From: a bacterium
GTDB taxonomy: Bacteria > Margulisbacteria > Marinamargulisbacteria > GCA-2716485 > JAYNIM01
DNA: 64,000 bases
Direction of reading: 5' to 3'
NCBI GenBank assembly: GCA_038109055.1
Contig: JAYNIM010000007.1
Span: 10,807-74,806 of the forward strand
The notes below the pieces were generated by a model. The model was not told the origin of the DNA, made no database searches, and was given only the letters and a program-made list of their open reading frames with translations. Made by a program: the position numbers and the translations under genes. The first letter of the stretch is position 1; each line of letters opens with the position of its first letter. Positions 10,806 to 19,922 of this stretch are shown piece after piece.

Positions 10806-10982
10806 ATGAAAAATAACATAGATCCACATAACGAACCTGAAACTGCAAAAGAAGAAAGTCAAAAAAACAATGGCATACTTCCCATAATAGACAAAGAACA
10901 TCCCATAAGAAAACAAAAAGAATTTAAAGTCGTGTTAGAATTTTTTGTCAAAACCATGTACGTTAACCTTGGTTTAAACTAA
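10806..10982 (+). CDS. Small hypothetical protein (58 aa), not in ORF track
   Basis: ATG 10806 to TAA 10982 (MKNNIDPHNEPETAKEES...VVLEFFVKTMYVNLGLN), preceded by AAGGGGG SD-like element; fills the aceE-psd gap. Confidence 0.5.
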   Translation: MKNNIDPHNEPETAKEESQKNNGILPIIDKEHPIRKQKEFKVVLEFFVKTMYVNLGLN

Positions 10983-11796
10983 ACAAAGAATCTCCAATAA
11001 AGAGCTTATCCTGCGTTTTCTTGACACTAGCTATGGTAAAGCCAGGCTTAGGCTGACAAAACAAAATCACCGTTGACCCCAAATGAAAGGTTGCCATATG
11101 TTGTCCTTGCGTAAGTAAAATAGGTGATGGAAACTGATGCATAGAGTAATCCCCATAGGTTGTCGATCGAAATGAATACGGCTCAAAACATACTGTAATA
11201 GACCCCACATTAAATGCCGCCACCATCACCATCACTAACATACAAGAAGGTAAGTCAAAGACCCCAATAACACGTTCATTTTGTGCATACAAACCAGGTA
11301 CACGTTGCAACCACGGTTGTCGAACTGGCCAAAAATGTCCTGCAATATGATGAACCGACAGTAATTTGCCTGTTAAAGGAGCATAAATACGATGACAGTC
11401 TGTAGGTGCCAAATACAAAGTCGCAAAAGTAGCCCCTTCAAATTTTGCCCCCAAATCAGACGGAATCAACTGCGACAACTCATAAGAAAGTCCCTTTGCC
11501 TGCAACACTTGTCCTGACTGAACAGTCCCCTGACATTGAATCATGGCTTCTACAGGCGAAAAAACACCCACTTGATCATGCACAAAGTCTCCCTCTGCTT
11601 CCCGAGTAAAAAAATCTTGCAAAGAGGGATAAACCTTAATAGAAGTATCTGTATTCAAAGGAGAAAAACGAATACACTTAAAAAAAATAAACTGTAAAAA
11701 TTTCTGGAGAAAAAAAGGAAATTTAGTACTAACAAAAAAAGAAACAATCAAACGGTAACAACGATAAAACGAAAACTTAAAAAAAATATCCACCAA
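10963..11796 (-). CDS. psd: Phosphatidylserine decarboxylase proenzyme
   Basis: DFFTR, QAKGLSY, YLAPTDCHRIYAP, NERV, AFNVGSI, FHLGSTVIL (LGST cleavage site). Start uncertain. Confidence 0.9.
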   Translation of the reverse strand: MVDIFFKFSFYRCYRLIVSFFVSTKFPFFLQKFLQFIFFKCIRFSPLNTDTSIKVYPSLQDFFTREAEGDFVHDQVGVFSPVEAMIQCQGTVQSGQVLQAKGLSYELSQLIPSDLGAKFEGATFATLYLAPTDCHRIYAPLTGKLLSVHHIAGHFWPVRQPWLQRVPGLYAQNERVIGVFDLPSCMLVMVMVAAFNVGSITVCFEPYSFRSTTYGDYSMHQFPSPILLTQGQHMATFHLGSTVILFCQPKPGFTIASVKKTQDKLFIGDSLFSLNQG

Positions 11797-11805
11797 AACC
11801 TTTCC

Positions 11806-12135
11806 CTAAGCGTTGTCTTTAGTGACAGACCCTTTCTTAGAATCCTTAGAAGACGTCCCCGATGCGTTCTTTGCATCTCCAGAAGGGGATTCAGAGCCCT
11901 TAGCTCCCTCTGACGTTGATGAACTAGATGAGGTAGACGAGGTAGTATTTTTATCTGTTCTTTTATCTGTAACATAAAATCCCGACCCCGTAAATTGCGT
12001 CGAAATACCTTTGGAAATTAAACGCTGCACAGCCCCTCCACAACTAGGACATTTCGTTAAAACAGGGTCCAACATAGACTGCTCTATTTCAAAAACTCGA
12101 TTCTCTTTTTCACAACGATAGTCATATTTAGGCAT
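11806..12135 (-). CDS. FmdB-family zinc-ribbon protein with Ser-rich tail
   Basis: MPKYDYRC..., CPSCGG, RLIS, FTGSGFYVTD. Confidence 0.88.
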   Translation of the reverse strand: MPKYDYRCEKENRVFEIEQSMLDPVLTKCPSCGGAVQRLISKGISTQFTGSGFYVTDKRTDKNTTSSTSSSSSTSEGAKGSESPSGDAKNASGTSSKDSKKGSVTKDNA

Positions 12136-12148
12136 AAATCACTCCTCT

Positions 12149-14917
12149 TTATTTACCCACATCCTGCAATAATCCATCTAAATCTTTCATAGACTTACCA
12201 AAAGCAGGCCAATCCAAACGCTTAGCTGCTGCTCGCAAAGAACGGTACTTTTGCTTAACCTTAAGCAACAACGATGTTGCCCCAGCATCCTGAAGCTTAT
12301 CATCCTCTTTTTTCAATGAAGATTGAGAACTTAAAGGTTGATAACCATCACCAAAAACCTGTTCCATACCTCCGTATAACGTTTCAGACATAACAATTTG
12401 ATCCCCATACGCAAAAATAACCCGTTTCAATTCTGGTAATTTACTTTGCGTAGCCTGCAAATAAATAGGTTCAACATATACCAACGAGGTTTCCATAGGG
12501 ACTACCATCAAATTACCACGAATGACACGAGACCCCATCTGTCCCCACAATGTTAATTTTTGCGAAATATCTGTATCTTGATCAATACGCGATTCAATTT
12601 GCATAGGCCCATAAATAGTCTTATCTTTCGGAAATTTAAATACCTTCAAGCGACCATAATCATCCATATCACACTTAACACTCATCCAAGCAATCATATT
12701 ATTTTTATTTGTAGGATTAAATGGCAACATTTGTATAAAACTTTCTTTATCTTCACCTGGCAATTTTGTCACCATATAATACGCTTTCATAATTTGTTGA
12801 TTTTCTCCATACTGCTCCTGAGGCGTCACCCATAAATCTTCACGATTATAAAACACCTGAGGATCCTTCATATGATAGGTACTATAAACTTCCGCCTGAA
12901 CTGTAAACAAATCTTTAGGATAACGAATATGATCTAAAACAGACTTTGGCATCTCTGAAAAAGACAAAAACATCTGTTTATACATTTTTTGATAGGTCTG
13001 AATAAGAGGATCTTTGACATCTGCTACATAAAAACGTGTTTCACCATTATACGCATCAATCGTAACCTTCACAGAATTTCTTATATAATTAAAATGGCCT
13101 TTATAGGGCTCAGAATAAGGAAAACGCTTTGTCAACGTATACGCATCCAGAACCCATATCATACGTCCTGCCTCATTCACAATCATGTAAGGATCTTGAT
13201 CAAATACAAGAAATGGGGCCAAATTACGCACAATCTGACGAATATTACGATCATACATAATTCGACTCTCATCATGAATCAATGACGAGATTAAAATCTT
13301 AATATCCGAAAATTTAATACTAAAAAATAAGCGCTTTACAAAAGAATCTAAAACAATACCACCCTTTCCTTGATAACGAGTATAAACATTAGCGTCCCCT
13401 TTAGGATAATCAAATTCCTTTTGCTTGGTATTAACGATCACATAGTCATCTGTTTTCTCACCAAAATAAAGTTCTGGCCTCTCTACATTCACATTTACAG
13501 ATGACTTAGGCGGAATATCTTTAACATAAAATTTAGGCAACCCCTCTTTAGAAATTTCATTCACTGGAGACATACACAATCCATAACCATGTGTATAAAC
13601 TAAATGCTTATTAATCCACGTCTGTGCCTGAACTGGTAACTGATTAGGATCCATCTCTCTAGGCGATAACATCACCTGCTGTGGAACCCCATTAATCAAA
13701 TAACGATCCACATCAATATTATAAAATTCATAATACAAACGTATCTCTTGCAATTGAGAAAACGTTTGCTGCAAAGGTTCTTGATTCCATAAACGAACAT
13801 TATCAATCGTTGTTTTATTTGTCTTTAAATTAGCCAAAGTCAAACTCATATCTGCTTCAAAACTTTCCTCTTTAACCTTATCAACCCCATACGCTTTACG
13901 AGTAAATTCAATATTATTTAAAATATAAGGTTTTTCTTTGACTAATTCATTAGGCGTCACAATATAGTTCTGAACAAACGAAGGAATCAAGGTCGCCCCA
14001 ACAAAATAAAAAATTAATATAACAACCAAAAGAAAAAGCGGTAACACCATACGCTTTACAAACCCTGTAATAAACAAAACAACCGCCAACAATATCACTA
14101 AGACCAAGGTAATTTTTAAAACAGGCAATAAAAAATGTAAGTCCGTATATCCAGCTCCATAAACAACCCCCTGACTAGAATATAATAACTCATAAAAAGA
14201 TAAATACATCCGCCAGGAAATTAACAACATCAAACATCCCAACAACGAAAACAAATGTACACGTATAGCACGATATTTCACATTAAAAGAAAAAATAGAA
14301 AACAAAACATTTCGTGTAAAATATTGCCAAACCACAAAAATAAATGATGCCAACCAAAGCAAAAAGCACCAAAGCTGCAAAACATCATAAAAAGGCAAAG
14401 AAAACACATAAAAGCCAATATCCTTAGAAAAAATAGGATCTAACAAAGCAAAATCTGAGCGAAAAAGATACTGATAAAGTCGTTCCCATGAATTTTGGGC
14501 AATTAATGCCACTATAAAGGCAGCGGCAACCAACGATAATTTCAAAACCCACGAATAGGCTTTCGCAGATTGTTTATATAAAGTTGATTTTTCAGCTTTT
14601 TCTAAAAATTGCTTAATAAAAAAATTTAAAGCAGGAAAGGGTGTCTTAATATCCAAAGAAGATAAAGGCGGAACTTTCCTTGAAAACGAGCTAACCAACA
14701 ATGCATTCAACCATAACCAGGCACTCGCCAATAAGAATGTTCCACAAAACACCTTCCATTTAGCGAAAAAAACAAAGGTCCAAATCTTGGCATACCCTAA
14801 ATGCTGAAACCACAAAAAATCAGGATAGAGATTTAATACTGCCTTAAAAGCAGGGACAACTAAAAACGTAAAGGTAAAAAACAAATATAACCATTTTTTA
14901 TTAAACACAAGCAACAC
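12149..14917 (-). CDS. UPF0182 family membrane protein
   Basis: DPIFSKDIGFYVFSLP, GAGYTD, NVRLW, DVDRY, YTHGYG, FNYIRNSVK, VIRGNL, YVEPIYLQA. Start may be GTG 14908. Confidence 0.93.
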   Translation of the reverse strand: MLLVFNKKWLYLFFTFTFLVVPAFKAVLNLYPDFLWFQHLGYAKIWTFVFFAKWKVFCGTFLLASAWLWLNALLVSSFSRKVPPLSSLDIKTPFPALNFFIKQFLEKAEKSTLYKQSAKAYSWVLKLSLVAAAFIVALIAQNSWERLYQYLFRSDFALLDPIFSKDIGFYVFSLPFYDVLQLWCFLLWLASFIFVVWQYFTRNVLFSIFSFNVKYRAIRVHLFSLLGCLMLLISWRMYLSFYELLYSSQGVVYGAGYTDLHFLLPVLKITLVLVILLAVVLFITGFVKRMVLPLFLLVVILIFYFVGATLIPSFVQNYIVTPNELVKEKPYILNNIEFTRKAYGVDKVKEESFEADMSLTLANLKTNKTTIDNVRLWNQEPLQQTFSQLQEIRLYYEFYNIDVDRYLINGVPQQVMLSPREMDPNQLPVQAQTWINKHLVYTHGYGLCMSPVNEISKEGLPKFYVKDIPPKSSVNVNVERPELYFGEKTDDYVIVNTKQKEFDYPKGDANVYTRYQGKGGIVLDSFVKRLFFSIKFSDIKILISSLIHDESRIMYDRNIRQIVRNLAPFLVFDQDPYMIVNEAGRMIWVLDAYTLTKRFPYSEPYKGHFNYIRNSVKVTIDAYNGETRFYVADVKDPLIQTYQKMYKQMFLSFSEMPKSVLDHIRYPKDLFTVQAEVYSTYHMKDPQVFYNREDLWVTPQEQYGENQQIMKAYYMVTKLPGEDKESFIQMLPFNPTNKNNMIAWMSVKCDMDDYGRLKVFKFPKDKTIYGPMQIESRIDQDTDISQKLTLWGQMGSRVIRGNLMVVPMETSLVYVEPIYLQATQSKLPELKRVIFAYGDQIVMSETLYGGMEQVFGDGYQPLSSQSSLKKEDDKLQDAGATSLLLKVKQKYRSLRAAAKRLDWPAFGKSMKDLDGLLQDVGK

Positions 14918-14922
14918 CCTTT

Positions 14923-14999
14923 TGGTAGCGGTGACTGGATTTGAACCAGTGACAACACGGGTATGAACCGTGTGCTCTGACCAACTGAGCTACACCGCC
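14923..14999 (-). tRNA. tRNA-Met (CAT), elongator type, CCA encoded
   Basis: GGCGGTGTAGCTCAGTTGGTCAGAGCACACGGTTCATACCCGTGTTGTCACTGGTTCAAATCCAGTCACCGCTACCA folds as a cloverleaf with anticodon stem CACGG/CCGTG and loop TTCATAC. Confidence 0.95.
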
Positions 15000-15012
15000 G
15001 AAGATATCAAGC

Positions 15013-15042
15013 ACTGTATATAATAAAAAGAAACCCTGTCAA
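15013..15042 (-). promoter_or_regulatory. Putative sigma70 promoter of tRNA-Met
   Basis: TTGACA-N18-TACAGT ending 13 nt upstream of the tRNA 5' end. Confidence 0.65.
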
Positions 15043-15105
15043 GAAAATCACACATCCACTTCCCTTTTCTTACGTCAAAAAAGAAGTCCATAAAAACAAA
15101 ACAAT

Positions 15106-15801
15106 CTAGTCAAATAATTGCTCTAGCTGCCTCAATTCAATCCCCTTCAAAGGAACAATCTCACCTGGCGACATCGTACCTAACTGTAGCGGCCCAATTT
15201 GATATCGTTTTAAGGAAAGTACCTGATACCCTAAAACAGCAAATACACGACGAATCACCCGATAACGCCCCTGAGTCATGACCACATCAAGAGAGTGTTT
15301 CGAAAAAGTAACAGAATCAAAAAAAACAGGCCCATCTTCCAACATAACACCTGACTGTAATCGTAAAATATCCGATTTTTGAATAACCGCATCCAAGGTA
15401 ACCCGATAATATTTTTTCACTTCAAAACGTGGATGCATCACTTTTTCAGCCAAAAAACCATCATTGGTTAACAATAACAAGCCCGTTGATTGCCGATCCA
15501 AACGCCCAATAGGAAATACAGGCGTATCAAGTGTTTTTAAAAAAGGCTGTATAGTTGCTCTCTGTTTGGGATCATTCAAAGTTGTAATAATCCCCCTAGG
15601 CTTATAAAACTTATAAACACGTTGATTCAACCTAACTCTCACTTTTTTAGAATCACACAAAATAATATCTTTTTCAGGAACAACTTCAAACGACATATCT
15701 TGAATAACCAATCCATTCACCTTAATCCTTTTTTCGTTCAATGCCTTCAAAAAAGCACGTCGCGACAACCCATAATATTTAAAATACTGAGAGATTTTCA
15801 T
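15106..15801 (-). CDS. rRNA pseudouridine synthase, RsuA/RluB family
   Basis: S4-like N-terminus, YKPRG, PIGRLDRQSTGLLLLTNDG, HPRF. Confidence 0.92.
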   Translation of the reverse strand: MKISQYFKYYGLSRRAFLKALNEKRIKVNGLVIQDMSFEVVPEKDIILCDSKKVRVRLNQRVYKFYKPRGIITTLNDPKQRATIQPFLKTLDTPVFPIGRLDRQSTGLLLLTNDGFLAEKVMHPRFEVKKYYRVTLDAVIQKSDILRLQSGVMLEDGPVFFDSVTFSKHSLDVVMTQGRYRVIRRVFAVLGYQVLSLKRYQIGPLQLGTMSPGEIVPLKGIELRQLEQLFD

Positions 15802-15809
15802 AAAAAGAA

Positions 15810-16361
15810 TTAAAAGTAAAAATCAACCAAAACCTGATCAAAAAAGTGAAACTTTTGCTCTAAAACAGAACAAGCAAAATTCTCACCTTTAAGCGCTAAA
15901 TCACCATGTTTGACAGAGACACCTCGACGTCCTTCAAAACGATCAAGGTCAAAATTCCATAAAAGCTGCTTCGCTATTACGTATAAAGGAACATCAGATA
16001 AAACAAAATCTAACGACACATCATAAAACATATAATTACGTAACGAAAATTGATAAAGTCCACTATGGGCCTTGTAAGAGAAAACCTGTCCACTCAACGA
16101 AAAAAAGAAACCCTCAAATTCCTTCAAAAAAAGATCTTCTTTATCCAGAATAGCTTCCTTAGCACGTAACTCTGTGACCAACGTTCCATTATCCCATTCA
16201 TTCAAATGAATATCTTCCAACAACATATCATAAGGCTGCCGCACATGGTCTTCTCGTAACAATTTCTCACTCACACGAGTCATAAGAAACCCCAAGCCTA
16301 CTACCACTAAAATAAAGAGGCCAGGTCCATACAAAAAACGCCAACCCCTCAGATACATCAT
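15810..16361 (-). CDS. Membrane-anchored protein, LptC-like
   Basis: One N-terminal TM helix followed by a beta-rich region (LRAKEA, AKQLLWN); same operon as an LptA-like gene. Confidence 0.5.
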   Translation of the reverse strand: MMYLRGWRFLYGPGLFILVVVGLGFLMTRVSEKLLREDHVRQPYDMLLEDIHLNEWDNGTLVTELRAKEAILDKEDLFLKEFEGFFFSLSGQVFSYKAHSGLYQFSLRNYMFYDVSLDFVLSDVPLYVIAKQLLWNFDLDRFEGRRGVSVKHGDLALKGENFACSVLEQKFHFFDQVLVDFYF

Positions 16362-16990
16362 TTAAGTTCCATTCGATATTTTTTTTCTTTAGATCGAAAA
16401 TGAGCACATTTAACAAAGTGCGAAACCGACGCAAAATAACGTTTTTTTCTCCTAAGAACCTCTCCCATCAAAAAATGCAATGCGGCTGAATCTGGCTCCA
16501 ATGCAAGGGCCTTATTCGTCCAATCTAATGCCTCTGATAATTCTCCTTGCTCTCCATGAACATAGGCAATAAAAGCCATCGCCCAAATTTGATCTGGCTT
16601 AAGACTCAATACCTGTTTAAATGATTGAATTGTCGACTCATAATCTTTTTTAAAATAATAGCCAAATGCTTGCCTAAAATAAACACGCCATTGATTAGGA
16701 TCTTTTTGAATCTCTACCAAACACTCGTCTAAGACAACATCAGCATAATCAGATGTTAATTGCTTCAATTTATCAAACCCAGCTTCAATGTCTCCCGTAT
16801 ATGCATACACCATTGCCAAATTAAAACATGCGTTATTTGACGTTGGTTGAGCGTCATAACGATTTTGATAATAAACAATTTCTTGCTCCATTTCTGGCGT
16901 TAATCGATACATAGCATGCAAAAATGATGAAAAAAACAAAAGGCATAGCCCCATAATCAAAAAAAATCGACTCAAACATCCTTTATTCAT
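16358..16990 (-). CDS. Exported tetratricopeptide-repeat protein
   Basis: Signal-peptide-like N-terminus; TPR patterns (FKQVLSLKPD, KALALEPDSAALHFLMG). Confidence 0.75.
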   Translation of the reverse strand: MNKGCLSRFFLIMGLCLLFFSSFLHAMYRLTPEMEQEIVYYQNRYDAQPTSNNACFNLAMVYAYTGDIEAGFDKLKQLTSDYADVVLDECLVEIQKDPNQWRVYFRQAFGYYFKKDYESTIQSFKQVLSLKPDQIWAMAFIAYVHGEQGELSEALDWTNKALALEPDSAALHFLMGEVLRRKKRYFASVSHFVKCAHFRSKEKKYRMELK

Positions 16991-17522
16991 AATAATCCTC
17001 CTGAGAACACCATTCCGCTTTTTCAAATAACGAGTTAACTAGTAATCCAGAACACCCATTCTGACCATCAATCAACCTTGTTTGCATCTCAGAAACACAT
17101 GCCTCTGCATCTTCAACAGGTCTTTCACAAACGATTTCCCAAAGCAAACTATATGAAATGCCAACATCCGTCAATTTATCTGTCAAAAAAGACCTCCTAG
17201 ATAAAGTCAAACAAGGACTCAACGCAGAAGATTTCAATAAAAACATCGACCGCCTATTATCTAGTCTCCTTTTGTGTAATCGACCAATATCATAGGCATG
17301 CTTATTAGGGTTAATAAACTCAAACGAACCTGACAACAAGAGAGACCAAAAATCATCTTCCTTACATTGAGAAGAAACCAAAGAAAATGTCCAAAAATCA
17401 TATCGTTTTAATGATTTAACCCAAGACAAACCCAACAAACCTTGCATTGTTTTTAACGCTGTAATGGCATGCAAATCAGGCTGCTTTAAATAACGAAATA
17501 ACCGATACTCTTTGTGTTTCAT
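16983..17522 (-). CDS. Hypothetical protein, probable tandem PurS-like subunit
   Basis: Coupled to purQ by an ATGA overlap; two halves end in FINPNKH and LLVNSLFE, resembling the PurS C-terminal LANPVIE. Confidence 0.55.
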   Translation of the reverse strand: MKHKEYRLFRYLKQPDLHAITALKTMQGLLGLSWVKSLKRYDFWTFSLVSSQCKEDDFWSLLLSGSFEFINPNKHAYDIGRLHKRRLDNRRSMFLLKSSALSPCLTLSRRSFLTDKLTDVGISYSLLWEIVCERPVEDAEACVSEMQTRLIDGQNGCSGLLVNSLFEKAEWCSQEDYYE

Positions 17523-18304
17523 GATAACGCGTCTTTCAACGAAACAAATAGCTTCTCCCAAGGCCCAAATCCCTGCATATTTTGCGTATTTCTACTCTTA
17601 TACCCACTGCCTTTTATCGAAACAGGCACTTGCTTATGAAAGGCGGCTCGTTCAGGGTGCGGCATCATTGCAAAAATATTACCTCGTTGATTAGACAACC
17701 CTGCCACAGAATACGTCGACCCATTCAACGGCATAACATCACTCCCCTTCACATCTACATAACGCATAACCGACAATAATTCCAAGGTATCTTTTTTAAA
17801 AGAAGATGAAAAAACAAAACGTCCCTCACCATGATTAATCGGGACTGGCAATACATCTGTGTCAGAAAAATATCGCGTAAATAATGATTTATGCGCCTGC
17901 TCAAAACGAACATAAACCCAGTCACAAATAAAACCAATAGACCTTTGATCATACCTATTTTCAGCCAATGCCATTTGCAAACCATCTAAATCAGGTATAT
18001 CCGGCACCAACCCCGCTTCAGCCAAAATTTGACAGCCATTACAAATACCCAAAACAGGATACCCTTGTTTTGCCGCTAATGAAATACCTCTTAATAAAGG
18101 CAACTTAGACGCAACAACACCCGCTCGAATACGATCCTGATATGAAAACCCCCCAGGTAAAATAAAGGCATCATAAGCCTGACACTCTTCTAAAGACGCC
18201 GTCCAACGCAAGAAAGACGCCTTCAGACCATAAAACAAACAAGCATCCAACGTTTCATAGTCGCAATTACTACCCGGAAACTGAACAACTGCAACTTTTC
18301 CCAT
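17519..18304 (-). CDS. purQ: FGAM synthase glutaminase subunit PurQ
   Basis: VVQFPGSNCD, LPGGFSYQD, GICNGCQIL, HGEG, MMPHPER. Start at ATG 18304. Confidence 0.95.
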   Translation of the reverse strand: MGKVAVVQFPGSNCDYETLDACLFYGLKASFLRWTASLEECQAYDAFILPGGFSYQDRIRAGVVASKLPLLRGISLAAKQGYPVLGICNGCQILAEAGLVPDIPDLDGLQMALAENRYDQRSIGFICDWVYVRFEQAHKSLFTRYFSDTDVLPVPINHGEGRFVFSSSFKKDTLELLSVMRYVDVKGSDVMPLNGSTYSVAGLSNQRGNIFAMMPHPERAAFHKQVPVSIKGSGYKSRNTQNMQGFGPWEKLFVSLKDALS

Positions 18305-18308
18305 AAAA

Positions 18309-19280
18309 CTATCGAAATAAATCCCGCTCAATATTAATTGCCGCAATCATGCCATCCGATACCGCTGTCGCAATTTGCCTAATTTGCTTATGACGAATAT
18401 CGCCAACAGCATAAATACCCGGTATGGACGTTCGCATATAATCATCCGTCAACACATACCCTCCTTCATCTGTCTGCAAATCCAATAAAAAAAACTCCGA
18501 TGAAGGGACTCTACCCACATATATAAATACACACTGCACATCCAACCACGTTTCTTGCCCCGTATACAAATGCTGACACTTAAGTTTTTCAACTTTATCA
18601 ACGCCAAAAACACCCAAAACGTCGGTTTCCCACAGAACAACTAAGTTTTGATGTTTCAACACTTTATCCTTCAACACTCGAACAGCCTTGATATCATTAC
18701 CACGATGAATCAAATATAAACGCTCAACAAAGTTCAATAAATAATCAGCTGCATAACAAGCACAATTACCTCCACCAATAACAGCAACAGATTTCCCTTG
18801 ATAAGATAAACCATCTCCCTGCGCATAGTAAGAAACACCCCGTCCCAAAAAACGTTTTTCAAAACTTTTGTCCAATGGCTTGGGTTCTAAGCCTGTCGCA
18901 AGAACAATACTTTTTGTAAAATAAACATGTCCCAATACCGTCTTTACCTGCTTTGCTTTTTCTGAACAAGTCAATACATCTATAACCTGATCACAGAGAA
19001 AAAAAACGCCTTGCTGCTTTAACTGCAATTCCATTTTCCCACTCAAATCCACACCCAAAATACCATTAGGAAATCCCAGGTAATTGTTAATATTATACGC
19101 AGTTGATGTTTGCCCCCCAGGTAAAGCTTTATCAATAATCAATACTTTTAATCCAGCACGACGTGAACATAATGCCGCAGACATACCCGCTGGTCCAGAA
19201 CCAATAACCAATACGTCAAAGTGTTCCTTATTTTTAGGCGTTTGTACAGATTCTAATTCAACAGAATACTCAGTTACCAT
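18309..19280 (-). CDS. Thioredoxin-reductase-like FAD oxidoreductase lacking the CxxC
   Basis: GSGPAG, PGGQ, NYLGF, GIYAVGD, RQIATAVSDG; active-site segment reads GVSYYAQGDG. Confidence 0.85.
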   Translation of the reverse strand: MVTEYSVELESVQTPKNKEHFDVLVIGSGPAGMSAALCSRRAGLKVLIIDKALPGGQTSTAYNINNYLGFPNGILGVDLSGKMELQLKQQGVFFLCDQVIDVLTCSEKAKQVKTVLGHVYFTKSIVLATGLEPKPLDKSFEKRFLGRGVSYYAQGDGLSYQGKSVAVIGGGNCACYAADYLLNFVERLYLIHRGNDIKAVRVLKDKVLKHQNLVVLWETDVLGVFGVDKVEKLKCQHLYTGQETWLDVQCVFIYVGRVPSSEFFLLDLQTDEGGYVLTDDYMRTSIPGIYAVGDIRHKQIRQIATAVSDGMIAAINIERDLFR

Positions 19281-19809
19281 GTGCCCCCCCAACATCAAAA
19301 CGAACGCCACCTTTTCCCATAACTTTACCCGTAGCAACATCCACAATAATTTCTCGACTACGCAAACGATGATCATCTTGAAAAACCAAGGGATTTTTAG
19401 TCAAAAGTAACTGTTTTAAAGAAAAATCATAGGTTAACTCTCCGCAACTCCCTTTTACAAACTGGCTAGAATCAGTATTAACACTAAAATCAAACGACAC
19501 ATCTTCAAAGGCTTTTAATATGTTTTTTTCTGAATAAAGATACATTTTTTGACACCTAAGGATAAACCCCTCCACTTCAAAAGTCACCTTACCCGTTAAC
19601 AACACTTCTTGTTTTTCTCGATCAAAAACAGCCTTATCCCCCTTCAAAATATAGCCTTGATAGGTAAAATGAACTGAACGCTTAGCATTCAATAACTTTG
19701 TTTGTGCATCAAAGGACATTTCATCGGCATGAAGTTGAATAGTTTCCATCGCCTGCATAAGGCTAAAGAAAGAAAAAAAACACACACTTACAAAAATAAA
19801 AACACGCAT
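19270..19809 (-). CDS. LptA/OstA-like exported protein
   Basis: Signal peptide; IQLHADEM, LLTGKV, LTKNPLVFQDDHRLRSREI match beta-jellyroll OstA patterns. Confidence 0.75.
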   Translation of the reverse strand: MRVFIFVSVCFFSFFSLMQAMETIQLHADEMSFDAQTKLLNAKRSVHFTYQGYILKGDKAVFDREKQEVLLTGKVTFEVEGFILRCQKMYLYSEKNILKAFEDVSFDFSVNTDSSQFVKGSCGELTYDFSLKQLLLTKNPLVFQDDHRLRSREIIVDVATGKVMGKGGVRFDVGGAHGN

Positions 19810-19816
19810 TAACAAA

Positions 19817-19845
19817 AGTCTACTTAGTCCCAGCATTTTTGACAA
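19817..19845 (-). promoter_or_regulatory. Putative sigma70 promoter, leaderless geometry
   Basis: TTGTCA-N17-TAGACT-7 nt-ATG(19809). Confidence 0.55.
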
Positions 19846-19922
19846 CATAAAAAATAAAGTTAACTCTCTTCACATAATACCCATACCCATTTAGGAAGAT
19901 ACCCGATACAATAAAAACATAG

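Noticed and set aside
11806-11960. Ser/Thr/Lys-rich tail as a novel repeat domain
   Set aside because: Low-complexity tails are common in FmdB-family proteins.
11748-11975. 75-aa ORF overlapping FmdB and psd
   Set aside because: Alternative frame over two better-supported genes; no motif.
14923-14999. Initiator tRNA-fMet, tRNA-Ile2, or an integration site
   Set aside because: No C1:A72 mismatch or three G:C anticodon-stem pairs; the sequence resembles elongator Met. No integrase or duplicated 3' end is seen nearby.
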